From contig JAZSAT010000046.1 in the NCBI GenBank assembly GCA_045602025.1, positions 8,778 through 72,777 of the forward strand: DNA of 64,000 bases. The letters run 5' to 3'. A model generated the notes under the pieces. It was not told the origin of the DNA. It did not search any database and was given only the letters and a program-made list of their open reading frames with translations. The position numbers were made by a program, and so were the translations under genes. This document shows positions 1-10,544 of this stretch, piece by piece. Each line of letters opens with the position of its first letter. The first letter of the stretch is position 1. The stretch comes from Eubacteriales bacterium. GTDB lineage: Bacteria > Bacillota > Clostridia > Oscillospirales > SIG627.

Positions 1-828
1 GCAGTCAACATCAAACCAAAATAAAGACAGCCTTTAAAGGTTCTTCCCTCTTTGTTCATTGCATTCATAGTAGGAAGGAAGATTGTTTTCATACATTCTT
101 CAGCAATATCATCCGTATAACAAGGATTGGGAGCAATGGTTCCCATACCACCGGTATTTAGGCCTGTATCATTATCACCGGCTCTCTTGTGGTCCATGGA
201 TGAAACCATAGGAACCATCGTTTTACCGTCAGTAAAAGCAAGAACAGAGACTTCTGGTCCGGTTAAAAACTCCTCAATAACAACCTGATCACCGCTCTTG
301 CCAAAGACCTTGTCTTCCATCATAGAACGAACTGCATCTTTTGCTTCTTCGCGGGTCTGAGCAATGATAACTCCCTTGCCAAGAGCAAGACCGTCAGCCT
401 TGATAACGGTAGGAATCGGTGCATCTTCGAGGTATTCCAACGCTTTTGACATATCGTTAAACACCTCATAAGCTGCTGTAGGAATACCGTATTTTTTCAT
501 TAAGTTTTTCGAAAAAACCTTGCTGCCTTCGATAATCGCGGCATTTGCTCGGGGACCGAAGCAAGGAATACCTTTTTCTTCAAGAGCATCTACTGCTCCC
601 ATAACCAAAGGGTCGTCAGGAGCAACGACAGCATAGTCGATCTGATTCTCCACTGCAAATTTTGTGATATTTTCAATATCCTTTGCACCAATATCCACGC
701 AGGTAGCGTCCTTTGCAATACCGCCATTACCCGGGAGAGCAAAGATTTTTGTTACCTTGGGACTCATTTTCAGTTTTTTGATGATGGCGTGTTCTCTGCC
801 GCCACCGCCAACTACCATTATTTTCATT
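1..828 (-). CDS. purD: phosphoribosylamine--glycine ligase (PurD); C-terminal part runs off the window edge
   Basis: Reverse translation from the ATG at 826-828 gives MKIMVVGGGGREHAIIKKL..., the canonical PurD N-terminus. GGAGGA RBS upstream. The frame stays open to position 1, so it is absent from the ORF track. Confidence 0.85.
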
Positions 829-840
829 GATATCCTCCAA

Positions 841-2025
841 TTAGTGATGGAACAATCTCATTCCGGTAAATGCCATAACCATGTTATATTTATCACAACA
901 GGAAATAACAATATCATCACGAATGGAACCACCAGGTTCGGCAATATATTTTACGCCGCTGCGATAAGCTCTTTCAATATTATCATCGAAAGGGAAAAAT
1001 GCATCAGAACCGAGAGCAACGCCGTCTTTGGTTGCAAGATATGCCTTTGCCTCTTCATCGGTCAAAGGCTCGGGTTGACAGGTAAAATATTTCTGCCAAT
1101 TGCCGTCAGCGCAAACATCTTCCTCGTTCTTATTGATGTAACCGTCAATTACATTGTCACGGTCCGGTCTTTTAATATCAGCTCTAAAAGGAAGGTTCAA
1201 AACTTTTTCATGCTGACGAAGGAACCAAGTATCTGCCTTCGTTCCGGCAAGACGGGTACAGTGAATTCTGGACTGCTGACCGGCCCCGACACCGATTGCC
1301 TGACCGTCAACTGCATAGCAAACTGAGTTAGACTGAGTATACTTTAGGGTAATCAGTGCAATGATCAGATCGCGAGCTGCGCTTTCCGTCAGGTCTTTAT
1401 TCGCAGTAACGATATTTTCAAGGAGCTTGCGGTTGATCTCAAAATTGTTTCTTCCCTGCTGGAAGGTGATACCAAACACCTGCTTGCGTTCAATGGGATC
1501 CGGAACATAATCGGGATCGATCTTTACAACATTATAAGTGCCTTTTCTCTTTTCTTTCAGAATGGCAAGAGCTTCATCGGTGTAACCGGGAGCGATAACG
1601 CCATCAGAAACTTCCCTTTTGATCATTTTTGCAGTGACTGCATCACAAACATCGGAAAGAGCAACCCAATCACCAAAGGAGCACATTCTGTCAGTACCTC
1701 TTGCTCTTGCATAAGCGATGCCGATGGGGGATTCATCAAGTCCTTCCACATCATCTACAAAATATGCCTTTTTCAAGGTATCGGAAAGAGGCACCGCAAC
1801 GGCAGCGGAAGTAGGACTTACATGCTTGAAGGATGTTGCGGCAGGAAGACCGAGTGCTTCCTTCAATTCCTTTACAAGCTGCCAGGAATTCAGCGCATCC
1901 AGGAAGTTGATATATCCGGGTCTGCCATTAAGGATCTCAATCGGAAGTTCCGTTTCATCGTGCATATAGATCTTAGAGGGCTTTTGATTCGGGTTGCAAC
2001 CGTATTTTAATTCAAACTCTTTCAT
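841..2025 (-). CDS. purH: AICAR formyltransferase, short PurH form without the MGS-like IMP cyclohydrolase domain
   Basis: 394 aa starting MKEFELKYGCNPNQ..., which matches the PurH C-terminal formyltransferase domain. It lies in the pur operon between purO and purD. Confidence 0.8.
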   Translation of the reverse strand: MKEFELKYGCNPNQKPSKIYMHDETELPIEILNGRPGYINFLDALNSWQLVKELKEALGLPAATSFKHVSPTSAAVAVPLSDTLKKAYFVDDVEGLDESPIGIAYARARGTDRMCSFGDWVALSDVCDAVTAKMIKREVSDGVIAPGYTDEALAILKEKRKGTYNVVKIDPDYVPDPIERKQVFGITFQQGRNNFEINRKLLENIVTANKDLTESAARDLIIALITLKYTQSNSVCYAVDGQAIGVGAGQQSRIHCTRLAGTKADTWFLRQHEKVLNLPFRADIKRPDRDNVIDGYINKNEEDVCADGNWQKYFTCQPEPLTDEEAKAYLATKDGVALGSDAFFPFDDNIERAYRSGVKYIAEPGGSIRDDIVISCCDKYNMVMAFTGMRLFHH

Positions 2026-2037
2026 TTTTCTTCCTCT

Positions 2038-2763
2038 TTATTTGTTTTTATTGATAATGATCTCCTCAGCCGCACCGCCATCCAAAGGCACTACGCGTAC
2101 AAAAAGAGAAACCTTATTATCTTCATTCAAATTATCCCAAACAAGGTCCGCAAGTTCCTTTGCGGTATTGGGAAGCGTTACTTCCTCAGGTTCTCCGTAA
2201 AAAGAAGGGATAGGATCTCCGTCGCACTTATAGGTATGGATAAAATGACCGATTCCCTTTTCAGGAGCGGAATAATCATATGTAAAGCGATTACATGCTT
2301 CCGGTCTTCCGTTCGCGCTCTTCAAAATAGACATTTTATAAGAAAAATTGCCATCTTTGTAATTGCAGATCGCAGAAATTCTGGGAGTAAAATTAGGAGC
2401 ATCCGGCTCAAACTCACGGGTAGAAAGTGCCTTTTCAAAAGCAAACAAATCTGAAGGGCTTTCTTTTACAAAGTCAAAGACGGTATTGGTCTGATCACCG
2501 TTGGTAACAATATCGATGTTCCCAAGAGAAAGATAGGGATTATAAATAATAAGGCTTGGATCAACAAGTTTTGACTCATCAAAGGCTTTGGTACGCATAC
2601 CACCGTCAAATCGCTCAAATATACGGTTGCGGCTATTTGCGCTGCGCCCCATAATAAAATATGCAATCATCGCTTTCTTGCCGTCTTCAGACTTACCTAC
2701 AACAATTCCTCTGCCGGGATATGAATTTTCGCAAAGAAGCTTTTTCAAATCAAACAAAGACAT
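2038..2763 (-). CDS. purO: IMP cyclohydrolase, archaeal PurO-type
   Basis: 241 aa with YPGRGIVVGKSEDGKKAMIAYFIMGRSANSRNRIF, a PurO-family signature as I recall it. It sits immediately upstream of the cyclohydrolase-less purH. Confidence 0.7.
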   Translation of the reverse strand: MSLFDLKKLLCENSYPGRGIVVGKSEDGKKAMIAYFIMGRSANSRNRIFERFDGGMRTKAFDESKLVDPSLIIYNPYLSLGNIDIVTNGDQTNTVFDFVKESPSDLFAFEKALSTREFEPDAPNFTPRISAICNYKDGNFSYKMSILKSANGRPEACNRFTYDYSAPEKGIGHFIHTYKCDGDPIPSFYGEPEEVTLPNTAKELADLVWDNLNEDNKVSLFVRVVPLDGGAAEEIIINKNK

Positions 2764-2780
2764 ATTTATTCCTCTTTCTT

Positions 2781-3386
2781 TTATTCAGTTATAATTTTTG
2801 CAGAAACCTTTTCCACTGCCTCGGGAAGGATTTTCCATTCCGCAAGTCGCATTACTCGCTTTTGAAGAGTTTCGGGGGTATCGTTTTCGCGAATAGCAAC
2901 TGCTTTTTGCAGAATGATCTCTCCGCCGTCGGGGATTTCATTAACAAAATGAACCGTTGCTCCGGTGACTTTCACACCGTAAGACAGTGCAGCTTCATGT
3001 ACATGGAGTCCATAAAAGCCTTTTCCGCAAAAAGAAGGGATCAAGGCGGGATGAACATTAATGATTCTCTTCGGAAAGAGAGAAGTAAATTTTTCGCTGA
3101 GGATCGACATAAATCCCGCCAAAACGATCAGATCAATTTGATTTTCTTCAATCAAACTTAAGATTTTTTCTTCAAAAGCCTCTTGAGAACCAAGTTCTTT
3201 TTTGAAGGAGACAGCCGTTTTCACTCCAGCCTTTTTTGCTCTCTCAAGCGCGAAGGCAGCTGGATTGCTTGAAATTACAAGAGAGATCTTACCGCTTTTC
3301 AAGACGCCTTTTTTCTCAGCATCAAGAAGAGCCTGCAAATTAGTACCACCGCCGGAAACCAAGACGGCAATCTTGGCTTTTTTCAT
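2781..3386 (-). CDS. purN: phosphoribosylglycinamide formyltransferase
   Basis: 201 aa, [23 protein letters not shown]...[13 protein letters not shown], typical PurN motifs. Confidence 0.9.
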   Translation of the reverse strand: MKKAKIAVLVSGGGTNLQALLDAEKKGVLKSGKISLVISSNPAAFALERAKKAGVKTAVSFKKELGSQEAFEEKILSLIEENQIDLIVLAGFMSILSEKFTSLFPKRIINVHPALIPSFCGKGFYGLHVHEAALSYGVKVTGATVHFVNEIPDGGEIILQKAVAIRENDTPETLQKRVMRLAEWKILPEAVEKVSAKIITE

Positions 3387-4423
3387 AAAATCACCTTTTC
3401 TTCGGATTTTACAACTTCGCCGATAATGTAAGCATCTTCACCGTTGTTTTTCAAAATCTCAAGAGATTTTTCTACGTCCGATTTTGAAACGACAACACAC
3501 ATACCAACACCCATATTAAAGGTATTGAACATATCTCTTTCAGAAATATTTCCTTCTTTTGCAATCAAATCAAAAATAGGAAGAATGCGAACTGCACTCT
3601 TGTCTACCTTTGCACCGAGGCCGTCGGGAATGCATCTGGGAATATTTTCATAAAAGCCACCGCCAGTGATGTGGGAAATTCCTTTTACTTTTACTTCTTC
3701 GAGAAGCGCAAGAATAGGCTTAACATAAATTTTGGTAGGAGTCAAAAGTGCTTCTCCAACACTCTTGCCACCAAGGGCATCGACAGGCTTCTTGATATCA
3801 GCGTTCTCAACATCAAATACCTTTCGAACCAGAGAAAATCCATTAGAATGAACACCGGTGGAAGGAAGAGCGATGATCACATCCCCTTCTTCCATTTTTT
3901 TGTTGTCAATGATCTTATCTTTATCAACAACACCGGTGCAATATCCTGCAAGGTCATATTCGTCAACAGGATAAAAGCCGGGCATTTCAGCAGTTTCACC
4001 GCCGATCAAAGCAGCGCCTGCCTGTACACAGCCCTCTGCTACGCCTTTTACAATATCCGCAATGCGTTCGGGAACATTCTTTCCGCAAGCAATGTAATCT
4101 AAGAAAAACAGCGGCTTTGCACCGGCGCAGATAACATCATTTGCGCACATAGCAACGCAGTCAATACCAATGGTATCGTGCTTATCCATAATAAACGCGA
4201 TCTTGAGCTTTGTTCCAACGCCATCGGTACCACTTACCAAAACGGGCTTTTTAATTCCTTCAAGATCAAGCTCAAAAAGGCCACCAAAGCCGCCAACATC
4301 CGAACAAACGCCGGGCGTTACCGTTCTGGCAATATGTTTCTTCATAAGCTCTACAGCTTTGTAGCCTGCAGTGATATCAACTCCTGCGGCAGCATAACTA
4401 TCGGATTTAGACTGATTATACAT
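3383..4423 (-). CDS. purM: phosphoribosylformylglycinamidine cyclo-ligase (AIR synthetase)
   Basis: The ORF contains [19 protein letters not shown]...[13 protein letters not shown] chose the start at internal MYNQSK (4423), downstream of the purF stop and behind an RBS-like GGAAAGGAA. Confidence 0.88.
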   Translation of the reverse strand: MYNQSKSDSYAAAGVDITAGYKAVELMKKHIARTVTPGVCSDVGGFGGLFELDLEGIKKPVLVSGTDGVGTKLKIAFIMDKHDTIGIDCVAMCANDVICAGAKPLFFLDYIACGKNVPERIADIVKGVAEGCVQAGAALIGGETAEMPGFYPVDEYDLAGYCTGVVDKDKIIDNKKMEEGDVIIALPSTGVHSNGFSLVRKVFDVENADIKKPVDALGGKSVGEALLTPTKIYVKPILALLEEVKVKGISHITGGGFYENIPRCIPDGLGAKVDKSAVRILPIFDLIAKEGNISERDMFNTFNMGVGMCVVVSKSDVEKSLEILKNNGEDAYIIGEVVKSEEKVIL

Positions 4424-4428
4424 GTTTT

Positions 4429-5856
4429 TTATTCCTTTCCATTCCAACAATATGTACAAAGTTTTGAAGGATCTACATCAATTGCTTTGATGATTCCTTC
4501 CAATGTTTGAAATTCAAGTGAGGAAAAGTGAAGCTTTTCGCAAATGGTATTTCTTAACTTCTTACCTCTTTCGGTTGCAGAATCGCTGTACTCGTCCAAA
4601 TGCTTGAGACCTTCATCGCCTTCAAGCTCCATAACCGTGCTGCGCGCAATCAGCTCCATTTCGCTTCTTGCAGAAGTAAAGCCAAGGTAAGGACAGTTAA
4701 ACATAATGGGAGGACAGGCGGAACGGATATGGACCGATTTCGCACCGTTTGAATACAAAAACTCAACCGTTTCCTTAAGCTGAGTTCCTCTTACAATAGA
4801 ATCATCAACAAATAAAAGACTTTTTCCCTTGATCAATTCGTGAACAGGGATCTGTTTCATTTTTGCAATTTCATTCCGCTCCTTCTGACTCGCAGGAATG
4901 AAGCTTCTCATCCAGGTAGGTGTATATTTGATAAATGCTCTCGCAAAAGGAATTCCGCTTTCCTGCGCATATCCTATTGCATGAGGGGTACCGGAATCAG
5001 GAACACCGCTGACATAATCAAGCTCGGGAAGTGTCCCATTCTTTTTATCGTTTGCGGCAATCACCTGGCCGTTTTTATACCGCATGACCTCAACATTTAC
5101 CCCTTCATAGGTAGATGTGGGATAGCCGTAATAACTCCAAAGAAAGGAGCAGATTTTCATTTGTTCACCAGGTTTTACCAAACACTTTACTTCATCAGAA
5201 GAAATCTCGACAACTTCACCGGGACCAAGCTCGCGATCACTTTCATATCCAAGTTTCTGATAGGCAAAGGACTCAACGGAAACACAGTATCCAAATTCAT
5301 TTTTCCCTATCAAAACAGGAAGTCTTCCTAAAAGGTCACGCGCAGCAATCAAATTACCGTCTTCCTTTAAAAGAAGAATGGTACAAGAACCTTTTATATT
5401 TTCCTGAACAAACCGAATTCCTTTTTCAAAGCTATCCTTTTGACAGATCAGTGAGGCAACAAGCTCAACATGATTGACATTGCCTCCAGTCATTGCGTCA
5501 AAATGACCGCCGTTGCTTTCATCCAAGTATTCTTCAAGAAGTTCATCTGCATTATTAATTGCGCCAATCAGGCAAACCGCGAAAGTGCCGAGTTTAGAAC
5601 GAATCAAGAGAGGCTGAGGATAAAAATCACTAATACAGCCGATTGCACTGGTTCCGCGCATTTCCTCAAAGATATGTTCGAACTTTGTACGAAACGGTGC
5701 ATTTTTTATGCTTTTGATCTCTCTTTGGAGACCGATCTCTGAGTCAAAGGCAGCAATTCCTGCGCGATGCGTGGCAAGATGCGAATGATAATCAGTACCG
5801 AAAAACACATCGGAAAGAGCGTCGTTTTTGCTCACAACTCCAAAAAAGCCACCCAT
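4429..5856 (-). CDS. purF: amidophosphoribosyltransferase-like protein (PurF family) lacking the N-terminal Cys nucleophile
   Basis: 475 aa. The PRTase motifs are present ([13 protein letters not shown]) and so are the Fe-S cysteines ([19 protein letters not shown]). The N-terminus is MGGFFGVV, not MCG..., and an in-frame stop lies 6 codons upstream of the ATG. Confidence 0.8.
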   Translation of the reverse strand: MGGFFGVVSKNDALSDVFFGTDYHSHLATHRAGIAAFDSEIGLQREIKSIKNAPFRTKFEHIFEEMRGTSAIGCISDFYPQPLLIRSKLGTFAVCLIGAINNADELLEEYLDESNGGHFDAMTGGNVNHVELVASLICQKDSFEKGIRFVQENIKGSCTILLLKEDGNLIAARDLLGRLPVLIGKNEFGYCVSVESFAYQKLGYESDRELGPGEVVEISSDEVKCLVKPGEQMKICSFLWSYYGYPTSTYEGVNVEVMRYKNGQVIAANDKKNGTLPELDYVSGVPDSGTPHAIGYAQESGIPFARAFIKYTPTWMRSFIPASQKERNEIAKMKQIPVHELIKGKSLLFVDDSIVRGTQLKETVEFLYSNGAKSVHIRSACPPIMFNCPYLGFTSARSEMELIARSTVMELEGDEGLKHLDEYSDSATERGKKLRNTICEKLHFSSLEFQTLEGIIKAIDVDPSKLCTYCWNGKE

Positions 5857-5898
5857 CTTATTGCCATCCTTTCATAAAACAAACAATCATATTTAACC

Positions 5899-6396
5899 TC
5901 AATTTGCTGAAAACTCTTCAACGACCTTACGGTCTTTTTCCAAAACCTTTTCTGCATCCAAGCGTCTTTTTTCATCAAGTTTGTTTGCAAGCTTCTCGTC
6001 AGTAACGGCAAGAATCTCTGCGGCAAGAAGAGCCGCATTGGTAGCACCGTCCACCGCAACCGTTGCAACAGGAATACCGGAAGGCATCATAACGGTAGAC
6101 AAAAGTGCGTCAAGTCCGTCAAAATTGGAAGACTTACAAGGAATGCCAATAACAGGCAGAGTCGTATTTGCAGCAATTGCACCGGCAAGATGAGCTGCCA
6201 TACCTGCTGCACAGATCAAAACACCAAAATCAGATTTTCTTGCATTCAACGCAAAGCATCTTGCTTCTTCCGGCGTTCTATGCGCAGAATAAACATGGAT
6301 CTCAAAAGGGATCTCAAAAGATTTCAAGGTGTCAACAGCTTTTCTGACAACAGGAAGATCGCTGTCACTTCCCATTACAATACCAACTTTTTTCAT
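5899..6396 (-). CDS. purE: 5-(carboxyamino)imidazole ribonucleotide mutase / AIR carboxylase catalytic subunit
   Basis: [16 protein letters not shown]...VYSAHRTP...AGMAAHLAG. Start at 6396, behind AGGAGGAATT. Confidence 0.9.
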   Translation of the reverse strand: MKKVGIVMGSDSDLPVVRKAVDTLKSFEIPFEIHVYSAHRTPEEARCFALNARKSDFGVLICAAGMAAHLAGAIAANTTLPVIGIPCKSSNFDGLDALLSTVMMPSGIPVATVAVDGATNAALLAAEILAVTDEKLANKLDEKRRLDAEKVLEKDRKVVEEFSAN

Positions 6397-6406
6397 AATT
6401 CCTCCT

Positions 6407-6535
6407 AAAAATATAAAAGGGCGCACTTAACTTATAAGTTAAATACGCCCAGACGGTCGGCTGTCGGGGCAAATGTCCCGAAAATTACTTTTTGCTCCTT
6501 TGTGGTGCTCCACATGATCCGTCAGTAACAAAAAG
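6407..6535 (-). promoter_or_regulatory. ZTP (pfl-motif) riboswitch with intrinsic terminator, leader of the pur operon
   Basis: The minus-strand RNA reads ACUGACGG..GUGGAGCACCAC..GGAGC...(linker)...CGACCGUCUGGGCG. This matches the ZTP consensus ACUGGCG.../CGACCGCCUGGGC with a compensatory G->A / C->U pair in the pseudoknot. The 3' element overlaps terminator hairpin GGGCG..CGCCC (6419-6450), which is followed by UUUUAUAUUUUU. Confidence 0.75.
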
Positions 6536-6548
6536 CTTTTACTTAAAA

Positions 6549-6577
6549 AGTATACCACAGCGCAAAATGTGTGTCAA
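6549..6577 (-). promoter_or_regulatory. sigma-A type promoter for the ZTP riboswitch / pur operon
   Basis: Minus strand: TTGACA (6572-6577), 17 nt spacer, TATACT (6549-6554). Confidence 0.65.
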
Positions 6578-6596
6578 GGCAAAATAGGGCAAATCC

Positions 6597-8102
6597 TTAC
6601 TTAATTGAAGCTCCTTTTTCCTTCTGAATAACATCGTGTGCGCCGCCTTCCACAATACTGGTTGCAGAGACGAGGGTGAGCTTTGCTTTCTGCTGAAGCT
6701 CAGAAATAGAAAGTGCTCCACAATTGCACATTGTGGACTTTACTTTACTCAAAGACAAAGCAACATTATCCTTCAAACTGCCCGCATAAGGAACATAAGA
6801 ATCAACGCCTTCCTCAAAGGAGAGCTTCTTGTCTCCGCCAAGGTCATATCTCTGCCAGTTACGGGCGCGGCTTGAGCCTTCACCCCAATACTCTTTGTAG
6901 TAAGTACCGCCGATATTTACCTTATTTGTGGGGCTTTCGTCAAAACGTGCAAAATATCTGCCAAGCATTACAAAATCAGCACCCATAGCAAGAGCAAGAG
7001 TGATGTGGTGGTCATAAACGATACCGCCATCAGAGCAAACAGGAATATAAATGCCGGTTTCTTTAAAATATTCATCTCTTGCCTTACAAACCTCGATCAA
7101 AGCAGTAGCCTGACCTCTTCCGATCCCCTTGGTTTCGCGGGTAATACAAATGGACCCTCCGCCAATACCAACTTTAATAAAGTCAGCACCGCTTTCTGCG
7201 AGGAAGCGGAAGCCATCGGCGTCAACAACATTACCGGCGCCAACCTTAACAGAATCACCGTAATTTTTGCGGATCCAATCAATAGTGAGCTTCTGCCATT
7301 CGGAAAAGCCTTCAGAAGAGTCAATACAAAGAACATCAGCTCCTGCCTCAATCAGAGCAGGAACACGCTCAGCATAATCACGGGTATTGATACCCGCGCC
7401 GACAACATATCTTTTACTGCTGTCAAGCAGTTCGTTGGGATTTTGCTTATGAGAATCATAGTCTTTTCTAAACACAAAATAGCAAAGCTTTCCTTCATCA
7501 TTGATAATGGGAAGAGAATTTAACTTATTATCCCAAATGATGTCGTTGGCTTCCTTGAGAGTAGTCCCCTCTTTAGCAACGATGAGCTTTTCAAAGGGAG
7601 TCATAAAGTCTTTCACAGGGGTATCAAGACTCATACGGCTTACACGATAATCGCGTCCGGTAACAATACCCAGAAGCTTTCCTTCACTTGTTCCGTCAGA
7701 AGTGATCGCAACGGTAGAATGTCCGTTTTTCTCTTTCAGTTCCACAACATCCTTCAGGGTAGCTTCAAGACTTAAATTGGAATCACTGGTAACGAAGCCG
7801 GCCTTGTAATTTTTCGCTCTTCTTACCATATCTGCTTCATCTGCTACAGACTGTGAGCCGTAAATAAAGGAAACGCCGCCTTCTATCGCAAGAGCAATAG
7901 CGAGACGATCTCCGGAAACGGACTGCATAATTGCAGATACCATCGGAATGTTCATCGTAATCGCAGATTCTTCCCCCTTCTTAAATTTTACAAGGGGTGT
8001 CTTTAAAGAAACATTAGCAGGAACACATTCACTGGAAGAATATCCGGGAATGAGCAAATATTCGTTAAAAGTATGAGAAGGCTCATTGATAAAAACAGCC
8101 AT
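6597..8102 (-). CDS. guaB: IMP dehydrogenase family protein (GuaB-like, with CBS pair)
   Basis: 501 aa. Catalytic-loop-like [13 protein letters not shown], and a C-terminal GGAHD region. Its ATG overlaps the pyrB stop (TAATG). Confidence 0.75.
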   Translation of the reverse strand: MAVFINEPSHTFNEYLLIPGYSSSECVPANVSLKTPLVKFKKGEESAITMNIPMVSAIMQSVSGDRLAIALAIEGGVSFIYGSQSVADEADMVRRAKNYKAGFVTSDSNLSLEATLKDVVELKEKNGHSTVAITSDGTSEGKLLGIVTGRDYRVSRMSLDTPVKDFMTPFEKLIVAKEGTTLKEANDIIWDNKLNSLPIINDEGKLCYFVFRKDYDSHKQNPNELLDSSKRYVVGAGINTRDYAERVPALIEAGADVLCIDSSEGFSEWQKLTIDWIRKNYGDSVKVGAGNVVDADGFRFLAESGADFIKVGIGGGSICITRETKGIGRGQATALIEVCKARDEYFKETGIYIPVCSDGGIVYDHHITLALAMGADFVMLGRYFARFDESPTNKVNIGGTYYKEYWGEGSSRARNWQRYDLGGDKKLSFEEGVDSYVPYAGSLKDNVALSLSKVKSTMCNCGALSISELQQKAKLTLVSATSIVEGGAHDVIQKEKGASIK

Positions 8103-9193
8103 TATTTTTCCTCCTTAATCGTTGCATTTTTCTCACAATAAATGCAGCGGTAAATTTTCTTTTCCGCATCAATCACACGGAAACGATGGGTCAATTCCTG
8201 TTCGGTAGAGGTGATACAGCGAGGATTCTCACAAACAACACCCGAGATTTTTTCACCGATATCCGCATTATCTACTGCATCTTTTTCATATAAAAGCTTC
8301 AAAATTAAAGCCATACGCATTAATTTTCCATTTAAAACCTGCTTAAAATAACAAGCTCTGGGATCGGCATCAATCGCAACGCTGATCTCATTAACACGAG
8401 GAAGCGGGTGAAGCACACACATATCCTCTTTTGCTTCGTTCATTTTTTCAGGAGTAAGAATGTAGCTGTCCTTCAGTTTCTCATATGTTTCCATATCATC
8501 GAAACGTTCTCTCTGAATTCTGGTCATATACAAAATATCAAGTTTAGGCAAAGCTTCATCCAAAGAGGTGGTTTCAGTATATTGCATTTTGCTGGGATCC
8601 ATAATATCAGCTTTTACATATTCCGGAAGCTTGAGCTGTTCAGGAGAGATCAAAACAACTTTGATGTTTTCATATCTACTAAAGGCTGCAATCAGGGAAT
8701 GAACAGTTCTACCGTACTTCAAGTCACCGCAAAAGCCGATGGTAAGATCAGAAAGTCTTCCTTTTTCACGGAAGATTGTCAAAAGATCAGCCAAAGTCTG
8801 GGTAGGATGGCAATGACCGCCGTCTCCGGCATTAATAACAGGGACGGTAGCATTTCTGGAGGCGACAAAAGGCGCGCCCTCCTGAAAATGTCTCATAGCA
8901 ATAATATCTGCATAGCAGCTAAGCACCTTTGCGGTATCCGCAATGCTTTCGCCTTTTGAAGCCGAAGAGCTGCTTGCTTCGGAAAAGCCAATCACTTCGC
9001 CACCAAGCTCATACATGGCAGCTTCAAAGCTCAATCTTGTTCTGGTAGAAGGCTCGAAAAAAAGCGTAGCAAGCTTTTTACCTTTACAAGACTGGGCATA
9101 TTTTTGAGGATTCTTGCTGATATCACACGCAGTTTTGATCAGGTCGGAAACTTCCTCTAAAGAAAAGTCAACAATATCAATCAAGCTCTTCAT
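8102..9193 (-). CDS. pyrB: aspartate carbamoyltransferase catalytic chain fused to a PyrI-type zinc domain
   Basis: ATCase motifs [17 protein letters not shown] and [11 protein letters not shown]-terminal ~55 aa tail, [13 protein letters not shown]...RCIYCEK, resembles the PyrI Zn domain (E. coli VCPNSNCIS...KCKYCEK). Confidence 0.85.
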   Translation of the reverse strand: MKSLIDIVDFSLEEVSDLIKTACDISKNPQKYAQSCKGKKLATLFFEPSTRTRLSFEAAMYELGGEVIGFSEASSSSASKGESIADTAKVLSCYADIIAMRHFQEGAPFVASRNATVPVINAGDGGHCHPTQTLADLLTIFREKGRLSDLTIGFCGDLKYGRTVHSLIAAFSRYENIKVVLISPEQLKLPEYVKADIMDPSKMQYTETTSLDEALPKLDILYMTRIQRERFDDMETYEKLKDSYILTPEKMNEAKEDMCVLHPLPRVNEISVAIDADPRACYFKQVLNGKLMRMALILKLLYEKDAVDNADIGEKISGVVCENPRCITSTEQELTHRFRVIDAEKKIYRCIYCEKNATIKEEK

Positions 9194-9834
9194 TATGCTT
9201 TGCCCTCATTGATCCAGCTCTCATCGGAAGGATTGTTACGGAAAGCGATCAGTTTCTTTACATCCTCCGGTTTAATATAGCCTTCATCGGCAGCAACCTG
9301 AGCAATTACATCAAAATTGGTCAAGGAAACATTTTTTACATTTGCTTCTTCCAAGCGTACAAGGCCTTTTTTCATACCATAGGTGAAAATGCTGACAACG
9401 CCAAGAACCTCGGCACCGGCTTCGCGAAGTACGTTTACAACTTCAATTACACTGCCACCGGTAGAGATCAAATCTTCTACAACAACAACCTTCTGACCCT
9501 TTTCAAGTCTTCCCTCGATCTGGTTCTGTCTGCCGTGATCCTTTGCGCCGGAACGAACATAGCCCATAGGAAGCCCCATAAGATGCCCGGTAATAGCTGC
9601 GTGCGCAATACCTGCAGTAGAAGTACCCATAAGCACTTCAACCTCAGGATAGTGCTTGCGAATCGTTTCAGCAAGACCGTTTTCAACATCATTTCTGACT
9701 TCAACGGAAGTAAGTGTTAAACGGTTATCACAGTAAACAGGACTCTTAATTCCGCTTGCCCAAGTAAAAGGTTCTTCAGGACGGAAGAACACTGCTTTGA
9801 TCTTAAGCAAATCTTTTGCAATTAATTTTTCCAT
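9193..9834 (-). CDS. pyrE: orotate phosphoribosyltransferase
   Basis: 213 aa with PRPP-binding motif [13 protein letters not shown]. In the pyr operon. Confidence 0.9.
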   Translation of the reverse strand: MEKLIAKDLLKIKAVFFRPEEPFTWASGIKSPVYCDNRLTLTSVEVRNDVENGLAETIRKHYPEVEVLMGTSTAGIAHAAITGHLMGLPMGYVRSGAKDHGRQNQIEGRLEKGQKVVVVEDLISTGGSVIEVVNVLREAGAEVLGVVSIFTYGMKKGLVRLEEANVKNVSLTNFDVIAQVAADEGYIKPEDVKKLIAFRNNPSDESWINEGKA

Positions 9835-9845
9835 TTTTATTCACC

Positions 9846-10544
9846 TCAATCAACAAATTCAGCAACACAGCGATTGTACGCAGCAACAGGATCCGCAGCT
9901 GCAGTAATGGGACGACCGACAACAATATAGTCAGAGCCGATCTTTTTCGCCTCAGCGGGAGTCATTACTCTCTTCTGATCTCCAATATCTCCATCGGCAA
10001 AACGGACACCGGGCGTTACAGTCAAAAAGTCTTTACCGCAGGTATCGTGAACCTTGCCTGCTTCCAAGGGAGAGCAAACAACACCGTCAAGACCTGCATT
10101 TTTTGCATTCTTTGCGTAATGCAAAACAACTTCATCAATAGGCTTTTCAATCAAAAGATCCTTTTCCATGCTTTCCTGATCGGTGGAGGTAAGCTGGGTA
10201 ACCGCAATCAGCAAAGGACGGGTGCCGTCTGCACGAGTAAGACCTTCAATTGCAGCCTCCATCATGCGAACCGTTCCGCTTGCATGAAGATTGCAAAGAT
10301 CTACATCAAGACCGGAAAGAACAGCCATGGATTTTTTTACGGTATTGGGAATATCGTGGGACTTCAGATCCAAAAAGATCTTATGTCCTCTTCTTTTGAT
10401 CTCTCTTACAATTTCAGGTCCTTCAGCGTAAAAAAGCTCCATACCGATTTTTACAAAAGGCTTTTTACCCGTAAATTGATCCAAAAATTGAAAAACATCT
10501 TTTGCACTTGCAAAATCACAAGCAATAATTACATCCTTTCCCAT
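9846..10544 (-). CDS. pyrF: orotidine 5'-phosphate decarboxylase
   Basis: 232 aa with KIGMELF...FLDLKSHDIPNT motifs. Confidence 0.9.
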   Translation of the reverse strand: MGKDVIIACDFASAKDVFQFLDQFTGKKPFVKIGMELFYAEGPEIVREIKRRGHKIFLDLKSHDIPNTVKKSMAVLSGLDVDLCNLHASGTVRMMEAAIEGLTRADGTRPLLIAVTQLTSTDQESMEKDLLIEKPIDEVVLHYAKNAKNAGLDGVVCSPLEAGKVHDTCGKDFLTVTPGVRFADGDIGDQKRVMTPAEAKKIGSDYIVVGRPITAAADPVAAYNRCVAEFVD

